Source: Gekko japonicus (taxonomy: Eukaryota). From it: 64,000 bases of DNA. Both the position numbers and the translations under genes were made by a program. The notes below the pieces were generated by a model. That model saw nothing but the letters and a program-made list of their open reading frames with translations, did not search any database and was not told where the DNA came from. Shown here piece after piece: positions 1 to 13,160 of the stretch. The stretch spans positions 85,267-149,266 of the forward strand of contig NW_015166542.1 of assembly GCF_001447785.1 (NCBI RefSeq), read 5' to 3'. Numbering within the stretch: position 1 is the first letter of the stretch; each line of letters begins with the position of its first letter.

Positions 1-969
1 TATTGGTTACAGGATGATTTGTTAAGTTGCTTAGTAGCATCTTTCCCTTTTTCTCAGGTCTCTGTCAGCTTTTCCCCTCACATTCTTAAAATACTCAGAT
101 AATATTAGATTTTGCCTAAATGCCCCTTTAAGTATATGTTCTTCCTCTTTTAGAATCTTAATGCCTTTCCCAGCACCTCTGTATGATTCTATTTGGAAGA
201 CTGCTTCTCTGACTCTGTAGATTGACCACAACTGACAGCTACTGACTGCTGACAAAACACTTCAGACACAAACTCCAAACGGAACCCTCTGCCTTCTCTC
301 TCTCCACACACACACAATTCCTAGCTCCACCCACACACTTTCAGTCACCCACCAATTACCTCACTCATCTCCCTCTTTCACCCTCCCCTTGTTCTTCTGA
401 CACTTACCAACCATTTTAAAGGAACATACACTTATAACTTGGAATCATTACAGCTTCTCTTTCCACTTGACTTTTGCTATAAGCACGGTCAAGCTTCCTG
501 CAAAACTTCAGTGGAAGAGGCACAGGCATGCCATCCTGCGTAAATCCCTTGCATGTGGTGTAGGAGAGATGGGTCTTTTCCCAGCCTTGTGACCTCAGCT
601 CCTGGCACATTTACCCAAGTGTTAGTGGTGGTATCAGGCCGCCACATCTGGAGAGGCTGCAGAGAGCTGTCTCATTCTCTACTTGGGTGACGTCTGTAGC
701 CCAGGCAGAGAACCAGACTGCTGTTCCTAGGGCCAAGGAGCACAGCATGATGCAGGCACAAGAATTAGGAAGGAGAAGGGCCGAGACTTGGCCTGGTAGC
801 CCAGAGTGTCAGCTGTGAGTGGCTTCTCAGACTGCTAGGGAGTGCTGCAGACCTGGAGGGTGGAGCTGGGGAGTAGGTTGGGGCTGGCCTCCAAATTAGG
901 GAGCATTCCAGGCAGCAGAGCCCATAGGCTGGCATTTGCCACCTCCCAAAGCCGCAGCAACCTGAGCTG

Positions 970-1626
970 CAGTGTTAGGAGAGTCAAGTAAAGAATAAAT
1001 ATACACTGCAAGAACCTTTTGTAAATTAACGTGTACTGTTTATCACTATTATTTTATAAAGTGCACTATTATAACATCCTTGTCAGGTACATATGTTCAG
1101 TACATTCAGTGTAGCAGTAACATTCATTCATTCAGTTTAACAACTACCAGTCAATTTAGCACCAGTATTTTAAAAGTCAAGCCCCAACGGGAGTTTCCAG
1201 AATTACAAGCCCGCTTCTACTTGCATGAAGTCTTCCAAAAGGGGGCTGCATGAATGACAGGAGCGCTCCGTCCATTAATTTTTAACTGCACAATGTGTCT
1301 TTTGTAGGACCGGCAATAAGCATCAATGCAACTATAAATGAAAGCCCCCCCCCCCCTTTGGAAGACTTCATGCAAGTAGAAGCGGGCTTTTAATTCTGGA
1401 AACTCCGGTTGGGGCTTGACTTTTAAAATACTGGTGCTAAATTGACTGGTAGTTGTTAAACTGAATGAATGAATGTTACTGCTACACTGAATGTACTGAA
1501 CATATGTACCTGACAAGGATGTTATAATAGTGCACTTTATAAAATAATAGTGATAAACAGTACACGTTAATTTACAAAAGGTTCTTGCAGTGTATATTTA
1601 TTCTTTACTTGACTCTCCTAACACTG
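970..1626. mobile_element. Foldback (long inverted repeat) non-autonomous DNA element in ZSWIM3 intron 1
   Basis: 970-1247 is the reverse complement of 1343-1626, with about 2 substitutions and a G/C-run length difference. Termini CAGTGTTAGGA...TCCTAACACTG, ~95 bp spacer. Flanks CCTGAGCTG / CCACAGCTG match 7/9. Confidence 0.75.
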
Positions 1627-2208
1627 CCACAGCTGCACTGGTGGTGCCCACAGTGAGGAACTGGGGCCTGACTTGCAGTTTCCTGATCGCCACCGGGACA
1701 TGAGGTAGGCTGGCCAAAGGAAAGACTATCTCCTTCCATGTGTCACTGTGTGCCAACTACAGTCGTCGGGCAGCCATCCGTTGGTTATCTTGCCACTCAG
1801 GGTGGCGCGTCTGGCATCAACCAGAGCCTAGGCCTTTCCCCATCATGGCCCCTGCTCTGTGGAAGGGGCTCTCTGAAGGGTAGGGGGGCCTCCACTTTCA
1901 GGAGGTGCTGCAAGGCTTTTGAGGGGGGTTGAATAGCAGGCATCTTTCAACAGGGGGAGGGATTTGGGGCTTGCTGTTTTATTTTCGGTTCAAGCTGAAG
2001 ATATTTTAACTGTTATTAGCTGCCTTTGAACCAAGAGGAAAGGCAGGATATAAATGTTTTGATCAAGAAGGAGGGAAGGGCGGAAGACTTGCCCGAGGCT
2101 GGCAAACGTACGGCTCACTGGGTCTTTGCTCTGGGGTCCTGCGGTCAGCACAGGCTTGGGATGAGTGCCCCGTCTCACGCAGAACCCCCCTCTCTCTTCA
2201 TCCCCCAG

Positions 2209-4327
2209 GTTCATGCAGGTGAAGTTTGGCTGCGGCCGGTCGAGGGAGTACAGCAAGAAGAGGAAGCAACATCCCCAGCTGTGCCCGGCGTATTTGGTCC
2301 TCCAGTATAACGAGGAGCTGGACCGGCTGGTGATCAGCGAGCTGAACAGCAACCACGTCCATGCAGAATCGAAGACTTCCCTGACCTCTTGTGATCCGCC
2401 TCCGGTGACCAGAATGACTGCCCAGAAGTCTGGCTGCAAAGCCCAAGGCAGCCCCCCAGCAAAGCTGCGTAGGCAGCAGCCTGCAGAGGTGGAAGGCAGC
2501 AGCCAGAGCAACGGGCTGAGTGCGAAGGTCCCCACGGAGAGTCACGCAAGGGTGAAGGTGGAAGTGGATTCGGACAGTCACGCAACGGTGAAGGTGGAAA
2601 TGGATTCGGAGGAATCTCTGCCTCCATCGCCCCACGAAGGTTCAGAGATCCCCGAGGCAGAGAAGGAAAGTCCTCCCAACTCTGCTCTGTTCCGCGTTGG
2701 TGAAGTGATGAAAAACTTCCTGCGGGTGGACATGGGATCTTTGGCCTCCATCAGCGCGGGCAGTGACCAGGCCCTGGAAAGACTGAACTTCCAGACGAGC
2801 AAAATGAAGAGCTTGTTCGTGAAGTTCCCCGAGAGCCTCCTGCTGCATCAGGTGCAGAGGGAACGGGGCCACCTGCTGTACGCCTTCCTTGTGGAAAGCA
2901 AGGACCGGGTGGGGAAGCTTGTGCACTTTGCCATCCTGAGGGAGGACACGGCAGAGAACGCCAGGAAAATGTTCTCTGTCTTCAAGGAGTTCAACCCCGA
3001 GTGGCAGAAGATCAAGGTGGTCTTTGTGGACGTGTCCTTCCTCCACCGGCCCGTTCTGCAGGAGCTCTTCCCTTCCGCGCAGGTGCTCCTCTCTGTCTAC
3101 CACACGGTGCGACTCCTGGAGAAGAAGCTGAAGGAGTCCCGCGCTTCCTTCTCCGTCAAGCAGAACCTGAGGCTGGCCCTGAGGGAGGCTGTCTTCTCCA
3201 CCTCCAACACTAACCTGGAGACGCTGTCTCAGCAGGTCAAGCGGCTGATCGACCGGGAGCTGTACAGCTATCTCCAGGCCAACTGGTTCTCCTGCGAGAT
3301 GCTGTGGTACATGCATGCCAAGAAGGGCCTCCATTCCTGCAGCACCTACATAGACAGCCTGGACCTCATCACCCAAAAGCTCGCCAACCTTTTCAGCACG
3401 CGGTTCTCCCTGGAGATCAACATCCTCCGCTTTGTGGAATACGCAGACTGCTTCAACACCAAAGGCCTGGAGCACTTGAACCAGGGCTCCGCTAGTGTGG
3501 GGGAGGACGGCCGCAGCGGCCTTATGGAGGAGCTCAAGACGACACAGACCCGAGCCTCCGTCCGGCGTGGTTCCAGCACCGCCTCTCAGCAGTCCCCCGT
3601 CGCCAGGCCTCTGAAGCAGCTGACCAGATTCTCTCCCGCCAAGCCCGTCTCCACCATGCTGGTCGCTCTGCGGGAGACCTGCACTGACCTCGCCTACCAG
3701 CTGTGTCTGAACGAGTGGGACGTCGTGCAGAAGTCCACCCAACTGATGACCTCCACCAAGAGCAAGACGAAGGTCCAGCTGCTGGAGGAGACGCACCAGG
3801 TGAGCAGAGACTGCCGGAGGTGCACCTGCTACTTCCACTGCCGCTACCAGCTCCCCTGCCGGCACATCCTGTCGGTGCTTCACGCCAACCGGCAGGTGGT
3901 GGAGGAGGGGATGGTGTGCAAGCGCTGGCAGAAGAAGTACCAGCATCTCTCCACTTGGGGGGAGAACCTGCCCGAGTGCCCGGCGCCCTCTAGAGGCACC
4001 CCGGGGGCACTGTCCGAGGAACGGCGGGACAAAATCCTCTCTCTCAGCAAGGAGCTGGGTAACCTCCTGCTGCAGAGCGAGGGGGAGGAACTTGAGGAGC
4101 GGACCTCCACGCTCAAGATGATTGTGGACATCTGGGCCAAGTCCTGCGAGCTGCGGGAAGAGGAGGAAGAGGAGGCGGAGGGAAAGTACCTTAGTGCGCA
4201 GAACATGGAGGATCTCCCTTTCCTCTGGGTGAAGAAGGAAGAGATGGAAGTGGAGGTGGCCGAAGCAACTCCCAGGGCATCTGCGGAGGATGGCCAGACC
4301 TTTCAGCTGCCTCCACAAGCAGTCTAG
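2209..4327 (+). CDS. ZSWIM3: Zinc finger SWIM-type containing 3, large terminal coding exon (exon 1 lies upstream of the window)
   Basis: Polypyrimidine tract and AG at 2207-2208, then FMQVKFGC...CPAYLVLQYNEELDRLVISELN, matching recalled ZSWIM3 exon 2. RNaseH-like region, SWIM finger CTCYFHCRYQLPCRH, stop TAG at 4325-4327. Synteny with ZSWIM1/SPATA25/NEURL2/CTSA. Confidence 0.95.
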
Positions 4328-6897
4328 CCTGCAGTGGTCACGCTTCACGCCCACAGTGGTTCTTCCTTCCTCTGTAAAGAAACTCAGGGTAACTGTGAGC
4401 TTCTCAGCAATATCACTGATCCTTCCTCTGCCCCTGCTAGGGAAACGTTTAAACAGTCGGAGTTCATTCCTGCCCTGGATGCAACGGAGGCCCGCAGAGC
4501 TAACGCTCTCCCCCCCCCCCCCCCCCCCCCCCCCGTCTCAAGGCGGGGCAGAGCCCAAAAGCCTCCAGATTTGCAGTGTACAGCTGCGGCCTTGACAATC
4601 GGGAAGGCTTTGCTGCGTATGGAAGGCTTTTATCCACAGGCCCACCTGTTCTGGGGTTTCCGTGTGCTTCTTACCTTTCTTTTTCATAGAAACAAGCACT
4701 GCTGCTCTTGCGTAACTTGGTAATTGGGACAGAGAGCCCCAGAACATTTGTGTCCTGCGGATCTCCGAGCCCGATGCACGCCAGCATCGCCGTCTTCAGA
4801 TCTTGCTCTTCTGCCGTGGTACTCGCGGGGTGGAGGCTGGGCCCTCATTTCCCCCTAGAAAACAAGGCCAGGGGCAGGACGGTTGATCTGGAGCTTTCGT
4901 TCTTGGTTCTGAAGCCTCTGCTCGCAGTGGCGAGTTTTGCTGCTACGTATGTAGACCAAATTAATTGTTGGAAATACAAATGTGCTTCTTTGGTGCTGAG
5001 TTTATTGTCTGTTTTGCCTGGCGAGCGAGTCTTTGTCCTGCACCCTTGCAGCACTCCAGAACTGAACATGTGACACACAAACCACACCGCAGCCATGCGG
5101 GGACTCCCTGCACATGCACTTTTCACAAGTTAGCTGGTACACGACACCAAGGGAACGCCCCAGAGGGTTTGTATTAGTTCCCAGGCGTCCTCTCAGGGGC
5201 AGAACTCGCTCTTGCCTACAGGCCCAAAGGACCCTCTTCGCTAGAAAGTGATTTGGGAAGGTGGTGCTGGGAAGGGGGGCTTAGTCCTTTCCGCATCCAC
5301 AGCACTTCTGCCGCACATAGCACACCCACCCAGAGGCAGACTTGTGTTTGAGGGGAAATGTGGCGGGAGAAGGTCAGCTTGGGGTGAGGAAATGTGACAG
5401 ATGGGAAAAGAATAGAAGGGCCCTCCCGAGCTGTTCTTCGGGTCCATGTCGCCTTGTCCCATGACGAGATGTCAGGGATGGGCAACGCAAAGCGTACAGC
5501 ACAGCTGAGTTGTGCCTGTGTTTGTATACGTGGCCTTAACAGATGCCTGCTTGGGAAGGAATCTTCCTCATGGCACTGGAGTTCAGTTGGTGAACATGAC
5601 TGTGTTCCTGGTGGAGAGACGTGCCTGGCCTTGGTCGTCTTAAATACTTGAAAGCCTTTGGAGAGAGACGGCAAGTTGGGACCACCCCTTGCCGCTGAAC
5701 GTAGGCTCAGAAGCAGAAGGCAGCCTCGGTTAGAAAGCAGCTCCCCCGTCACTAGTTTGTGGCCTCAACGGCCATCTTGCTTGAAGGCTTTAAAGGAAAG
5801 CCGGGACCAGCCTCTGGCAGGGATGCTTTCAGTCTGGGGCAGGGGCTGTAGAGCGATGAGCTGTTAGAGACACTCTAGTTGGCTGTAGGGTCTGTGGGGG
5901 CCCCCTTCTTAAGCGTGCAGAAATATCAACTCCTGAGCTAACAGGTTCTCCCTCTGCAGCAAAACTAAATGATGCGGACTGGGTGGGTAACTTTGATACC
6001 TGGAGGACTTTTTCCTTCCAAACTCCATGTCGTTCTGACAGTGCCTGAAACTTTGGAGGTTCTGATGTGGTGAGATCGCAGGGAAGGCTGAGGAGATGTC
6101 CTGAAATGCTGTTCCTTCAGAGCTCTTGGCTTGGCCTTTATCAGCTGCTGCACACACATTTCTGAGTCTCCCGCACTTCCATGCTCCCGCAAAGTAGTAC
6201 CAGATAGGCAGGTGAAGCCCTTATCGGTTGAAAGAAATGTGGGTTTGCCCAGGACTCCTTTCATGCTCCTGAAGGATGTTTGACAAAAGTCTTGGCTTTC
6301 TTTCCATATATTTCAGGGCAGGAATGGTCACTTGACCCTGGTTATCCTCCAGAGGAGTGATGTAAGTTCTGCAGAAAAGCTGAATGGGAAAACAGCGTAT
6401 GATCTGATACAACATTTTTTTTAGAGTACTTCATGTTGATTACATCCCAACAGCAGCAAATACTTGATTTTATTANNNNNNNNNNNNNNNNNNNNNNNNN
6501 NNNNNNNNNNNNNNNNNNNTGCTATTATCTCACGTATTCAGAGGAGTAGTTTAATTGCTGAATTCAATGACTTGTGGCATTTCTTTTTCATTGAGATAAT
6601 AATTCTAAAAACTCAGACGCAATATAGCATGTTGTACGGTTCTAGAGAGCCCCACACCTGCTCCCTGGCGCCCGGGCCAGCCATGAGCCTCCGGGGTTCT
6701 AGGTCTTTCACCAGAGGCTTTCAGCTTCCCAGGTTCTCCTCTGAGGTTATCTGCATGCACTCAGTAACTCACTCCAGACACCAAAAGGCAGAAAAACATT
6801 GCAGTTTCAGTGAACTGCTCAAGTTACAAAGAGTGAACGCTGAGCGGGAGCCACTCTTAAGGCACAAGCAATGGCAAATAAAAAATAATAGTATTGA

Positions 6898-7345
6898 ACT
6901 TGTTGTTGTTCAGTCGCACAGTCGAGTCCGACTCTTCGCGACCCCATGGACTAGATTCCGCCAGGCCCTCCTGTCTTCTGCTGTCCTCTGAAGTTTAGTA
7001 TTGTTCTTTGCAGCATCGGACTTTCCTTTCACCATCAGACACATCCACAACTGAGCGTCCTTTCAGCTTTGGCCCAGCCGCTTCACTCTTTCTGGGGTTA
7101 CTTGTACTTGCCCTCTGCTCTTCCTCAGTAGCATATTGGACACCTTCCGACCTGAGGGGCTCATCTTCCGGCGTCATATCTTTTAGCCTTTTGTTACTGT
7201 CCATGGGGTTTTCTTGGCAAAGATACTGGAGTGGGTTGCCATTTCCTTCTCCAGTGGATCACACTTGGTCTGAGTTCTCTGCTGTGGCCTGTCCGTCTTG
7301 AGTGGCCCTTCACGGCATAGCCCACAGCTTCATTGAACTACATGA
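6898..7345 (-). mobile_element. Internally deleted BovB (RTE) LINE: 5' region joined to the 3' tail
   Basis: (CAA)n tail and 3' stem at 6898-6990, shared with the BovB copy at 46340, joined directly to the ORF N-terminus ...VVDVSDGERKVRCCKEQY. All endonuclease and RT sequence between them is missing. Confidence 0.75.
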
Positions 7346-7654
7346 ACTACATCTGGCTAAAATCTATCTTACTATACATTAAAAGCTTGCTGGCTAGCTC
7401 GTGGGAGGCAGGTCTGTCGCATGGTTCTTGCTTGGAGACTTGAGAGAGAAAGTCCATCCTTTGCCAGATAGTCCATGTTGTTGGGAGATAGAAGATGTAG
7501 CTGCTTTTCACCTCTTGATAGAATAGCCAGTCTCCTTGCCTTAGCCCATGAACCTCTTAGCCAATCAGGACACACTTAGCTAATTGGCCCTGGTAGGTTG
7601 AAACAACTTAGGGAGACTCCCAAGGACAGTTCTGTTAGCAGCCAAAAGCCACAG

Positions 7655-8322
7655 ATCAGCCAATATCATAATGCCCCTATATAAATCAATGGTGCGACCT
7701 CATTTGGAATAACTTAAAAAGAATATTATATCTTTGGAAAATGTGCAGAAAAGGGCAACTCGAATGATAAAAGGGTTGGAACACTTCCCCTATGAGGAAA
7801 GGTTAAAGCGCTTAGGGCTCTTTAGCTTGGAGAAACGACAACTGAGGGGTGACATGATTGAGGTTTACAGGGTTATGCATGGGATAGAGCAGGTAGAGAA
7901 AGAGGTACTTTTTTCCCTTTCTCACCATGCAAGAACTCGTGGGCACTCAATGAAATTGCTGGGAGGTCGGGTTACAACGGATAAAAGGAAGTCCTTCACC
8001 CAAAGAGTGATGAACACATGGAATTCACTGCCACAGAAAGTGGTGGCGGCTACAAGCATGGATGGCTTCAAAAGGGAATTAGATAAGCATATGGAGCAGA
8101 GGTGCATCAGTGGCTATTAGCCACAAGGTATAGATAGGGGCTCTGGGGCAAGTGATGCTCTGTCTTCTTGGTGCTTGGGGGGTGCAACAGTGGGAGGGCT
8201 TCTAGTGTCCTGGCCCCACTGCTGGACCTCCTGAGGGCACCTGGTATTTCTGGCCACTGTGACAGAGAGTGTTGGACTGGATGGGCCATTGGCCTGATCC
8301 AGCATTGGCTTCTCTTGTGTTC
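7655..8322 (+). mobile_element. CR1 LINE 3' fragment
   Basis: ENVQKRATRMIKGLEHFPYEERLKRLGLFSLEKRQLRGDMIEVY is the CR1 ORF2 C-terminus, followed by a 3' UTR. Confidence 0.9.
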
Positions 8323-8732
8323 ATGATGTAGTTAAAAGAAGCACATTGCTTTTGGCAGGCTGGGCCAGGGGCCTGCCAAAACTTAAAGCCTCAGAAAAGT
8401 GATAAACCCAAACAACATAAAGGCTTAGTGGCGGCTATTCCTTAGATGTGTACTTCCCTACCATTATTTGAGAGAGAAAAGGGCACTGAAAAGCACTACA
8501 CATACTAATTTTATCACTGCCAGAAGACAATAATGCAAGGAATAGTTAAGAACATAAGAGAAGCCCGTGTTGGATCAGGCCAGTGGCCCCTCCAGTCCAA
8601 CACTCTGTGTCACACAGCGGCCAAAAAGACCAGGTGCCATCAGGAGGTCCAGCAGTGGGGCCAGGACACTCGGAGCCCTCCCACTGTTAAGAACATAAGA
8701 GAAACCCATGTTGGATCAGGCCAATGGCCCCT

Positions 8733-9135
8733 TGTCAGACTTCCCACAGCATCAACGCAGTACACACTTGTAGAAAGGTTTTACTTTATTTGAAGCTATA
8801 GGTGCGTGGACAAAACCACTGTTCAGAATGAAGGGTGAGCAAAGGGCATGGCATGTTATAGTACATTCAAACTACTGAGGCCCAATTGCGGGGTTTCCCC
8901 CGCGCGCCATCGGGCCTGGGAGCAAACGCTTCTAGGCAGCATATGTTATCTCTTTCTCCCGGTGCTTCGTGAGAACCTCCAGCAACTAACAGCGGCAACC
9001 CCCTGTGGCCTTGAGCGATATAGACGTTTCGGCAGGCTAAGCAATTATGCGCATCAACAGTTCTACATATGAAAGTGAAAGCAGACAAGCGCACACAAGG
9101 AAAGAATAAAACAAGAAATTGGCAGCTTGCTGACA
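8733..9135 (-). repeat. 3' LTR of the Gypsy element (403 bp); polypurine tract GAGGGGGCAGTA adjacent at 9136-9147
   Basis: TGTCAG...CTGACA; direct repeat of 14780-15210. Confidence 0.95.
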
Positions 9136-9718
9136 TACTGCCCCCTCGAAAATCGACTTCCCACCATAATCCACCTATCTCCCGGTCAGCCCGGGAGATC
9201 TCCCGGTTAGTCCGGAAACTCCAGGTGGAATTTCTGAAGCAATTGAGGGGCCCGAATATCCCCTACTTCCACCCATTCGAGGTGCTGGGGTCCAAAGTCT
9301 TTCCATTCCACCAAATAGAACAGTTTTCCACGCTTCTTTTTCGAATCCAAGATCTGGGCAATTTCATAATGTTCATCCTCCTCGATCAAGATGGGCGGGG
9401 GTTTAGGTTTGGCTTCCCGCCACTGGCAAGAACCTGTGTCCTTTTTCAGAAGACTGAAATGAAATACAGAATGCAAAGACCTCAAATTTTTTGGTAATTC
9501 AACATCAACAGCAACATCATTGATCACCTTATGCACTTTAAAGGCAGGCTAAGCAATTATGCGCATCAACAGTTCTACATATGAAAGTGAAAGCAGACAA
9601 GCGCACACAAGGAAAGAATAAAACAAGAAATTGGCAGCTTGCTGACATACTGCCCCCTCGAAAATCGACTTCCCACCATAATCCACCTATCTCCCGGTCA
9701 GCCCGGGAGATCTCCCGG

Positions 9719-12700
9719 TTAGTCCGGAAACTCCAGGTGGAATTTCTGAAGCAATTGAGGGGCCCGAATATCCCCTACTTCCACCCATTCGAGGTGCTGG
9801 GGTCCAAAGTCTTTCCATTCCACCAAATAGAACAGTTTTCCACGCTTCTTTTTCGAATCCAAGATCTGGGCAATTTCATAATGTTCATCCTCCTCGATCA
9901 AGATGGGCGGGGGTTTAGGTTTGGCTTCCCGCCACTGGCAAGAACCTGTGTCCTTTTTCAGAAGACTGAAATGAAATACAGAATGCAAAGACCTCAAATT
10001 TTTTGGTAATTCAACATCAACAGCAACATCATTGATCACCTTATGCACTTTAAAAGGCCCGATGAATTTCCACCCCAATTTCCTGCTGGGCCGCAACATC
10101 TTAATGTTCTTGATGGAAATATACACAAAGTCCCCAGGCTGCAGAGCCCAACCCTCCACCCTTCTCTTGTCAGCCTGAGTCTTATACGCCTCTTTGGCCA
10201 CGTCCAAAGTCTTTTTCAAGAGAGGCCATGAGTCTTTCAGCTGTTTACACCATAAGCCAGCATCCACAGGTCCCAATTCCTTTTCCTCCTCCAGAAAAGG
10301 CAACGGTGGGCTGTCATAGCCATAAAGGGCTTTGAAAGGAGACAACCCAGTAGAAGTGTGGCATGCGTTGTTGTAGCAATACTCAGCTAGGGGCAATAAG
10401 TCATACCAGTCATCTTGCTGATAGTTTGTGAAGCACCTGAGATATTGTTCCAAAGTCTGATTGACTCTCTCCGTTTGTCCATCAGTTTCTGGGTGGTACG
10501 CACTGCTCAAGACCCTCTCCACCCCCAAAATCTTCATTAGTTCCCCCCCAAAACTTAGAAACAAATTGGGTTCCCCTGTCGGATATCACGGATAAAATCC
10601 ACATGCAGCAGAAAAGCCTTGGCCAATTCCTTGGCCATCGGTAAGGTAGGGAAGGGAAAGAAGTGGGCTTGTTTAGAAAAAAGATCCACTACCACCCAAA
10701 TGACAGTCATGGATTTGCTGGGCGGCAAATCCGTTATAAAATCCATAGAGATAACTTCCCACGGCCGATGTGGAGTGGGGAGGGGTCGCAACAATCCCGG
10801 GACCTTCCCGGGACGTGGTTTACTCATGGCACACACTTGACACGATTGAACAAACGCTGATAAGTCCTTGCGCATACATGGCCACCAGAATTGTCTCTGT
10901 AAAAGCTGAAGAGATTTCACAAAGCCGGAGTGGCCAGCTAGTTTGGCGCCATGAACGGAATGCATAACTTCCCCCCTTAGAGTAAGGGGAACATACAGTT
11001 TATTGTCACGATACCAACATCCATTTTCCCCTTGTGTGCAATCCCCCACCCCTGTCAGCACTTCTGTATCTGCTTCCGAAAAGGTGGAGATGAAGCGGCT
11101 GGCCCACTTCAAAGAGTCGGGGGGGGGTGTGAACGAGAGGCTGGGCTTGAGGCAAATTGGCTGCTTGCTGGCGAGTGATGACTGCTCCCCCCAGCTGGGT
11201 GGGAGTGAAAACTGAGTCCAGGATGACATATCGTTGACTGGCATGCTGGGGAAGGCGCGAGAGGGCGTCAGCTAGTGAGTTCGCTGAGCCCGGGAAATGA
11301 TGGAGGGTGGACTGAAACTTATAAAAGAAATCTGCCCACCGCAACTTTTGGCGTTCAAACATCGAGGCGTTTTGAGAGTCTCCAAGTTTTTGTGATCAGT
11401 CCAGACCTCGAAGGGCCCCCTCGCCCCCTCCAGCTAATGCCTCCACGTTGAAAGCGCCAGCTTGATAGCTCCCGCCTCCTTCTCCCATACAGACCAATGT
11501 CTCTCAGAATCAGTGATTTTTTTAGAGACGTAGGCAAGGGGGTGTAAGAGCTCATCGTCCCCCTCTTGCATAATGGCCTCCCCATGGCGATATCCAACAC
11601 ATCTGTTTGCACAATGCATTTTTTCTCCTCGTCTGGGTGTGCTAACACTGGCTCAGACATGAAGAGAGCTTTTAAGCGCATGAACGCCTCTTGGCATTCG
11701 TCCGTCCAAGGGAGCGGGGCGCTCGGCTTGGTGGCTTCCGGGCCCTTCCCCTTAGTTTTTAACAAGTCAGTGAGGGGAAGGCAGATTTGGGCGAAATTGG
11801 GCAAAAATGAACAATAAAAGTTTGAGAATCTGAGAAAGGATTGGAGTTGCCTCCTAATTCGAGGGGACTCCCACCCCAATACCGCTTGAACCTTCCCCGG
11901 GTCCATTTCCAGCCCTGCGTTAGAAATGTGGTAACCCAAGAAGTCAATGTGTGTCTTGTGAAATTTGCATTTGGATAGTTTGGCAAACAGTTCATGCTTG
12001 TGCAACGTTTTCAAGACGTCTCTCACCAATTTCACATGGGAGGGTAAGTCGGGGGAGTATAAAAGTATATCATCTAGGTAAACAAGCACCCCTTTAAACA
12101 GATGTTTATGTAACACCTCATTAATCGTTCATAAACACCCCCGGAGCCCCTTGAAGCCCGAAGGGCATCACTAGGTACTCAAACTGCTCCAAGGGTGTGT
12201 TAAAAGCGGTTTTCGGCTCATCGCCTTTCTTTATGCGCACACGGAAATAAGCATCCCATAAATCAAACTTCGAAAAGATTTTCTTTCGCCGCTTCTGCGA
12301 GTAAATCTTTAATCAATGGCATCGGGTAGGCATTTGTGGCTGAGACGGCATTCAAGCCTCAGTAATCCATACAAAGCCTCAGCCCACCGTCTTTTTCCAA
12401 AATAAAACAGGCGCTGTAAAAGGGGATGAGGCCGGCCGGATAAAGCCCCGAGCCAAGTTTTTGTCTATGAACTTTCTCAGTTTGTCTTTCTCGGCCGGCC
12501 CCATGGCGTATATTTTCCCTTTGGGTAGCTTAGCCCCTGGTACCAGCTCAATGCTACAGTGCAAGTGTCGATGGGGGGGGGGTAGTTCATCTGCTTCCTC
12601 CTCCCCGAACACTTTGGCTAGGTCTCGGTACTCAGTGGGGATGGATTGTAGCTCTTCTTGGGCAAGGAGGGCCATGGGTTTATCTGGGGGCGGTTTCTGG

Positions 12701-13119
12701 CCCCACTTCGCATCCCAACAATGGTCTTGGCATCTTGGCGAGATGAATTGGACCCTCCCTTACTCCCAAAGTATGTAGGGATCGTGCCCGTACAGCCCCG
12801 GGGCTCCGAGCACCACCGGGAAGCATGCTGCCAGGGTAATCACAAATGACCTAGACTCCCAGTGCTCTCCAGTCCCCATCAGTAATGGGACAGTCTCATA
12901 GATACATGGGTCTTTCATGGGGGACCCGTCCATTTGGGTGAAGATTAATGGCTCTTTCAACTTCACCACCCCCACCTCCAGTCCCGCCACCACTGAGGGG
13001 CTTATTAAGTCTCTCCTGCACCCCGAGTCTATGAGAGCTTTCGCTCTAACGTGAGTTCCAAGGGTCGGGTTAAGTATTGACACAGTCACAAGAAATAGGG
13101 AGGGGGATTCGCTCACCAC
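9719..13119 (-). pseudogene. Gypsy pol (PR-RT-RNaseH-IN-chromodomain), frameshifted
   Basis: ORF pieces 12760-13119, 12379-12675, 11355-12116, 10555-11244 and 9719-10564 carry the domains in Gypsy order. Confidence 0.92.
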
Positions 13120-13160
13120 TTTTGGCGCCTCATTGGGAGGGTCCTGCCGCTCTGCGCCTT

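Noticed and set aside
2165-2208. N-terminal extension of the 720-aa ORF
   Set aside because: It begins at GTG and covers the intron polypyrimidine tract; the exon starts at 2209.
2642-4354. 570-aa antisense ORF (also 21903-23429 minus and 52231-53022 plus)
   Set aside because: Shadow ORFs produced by the GC3-rich codon usage of ZSWIM3, ZSWIM1 and NEURL2; no recognisable domain.
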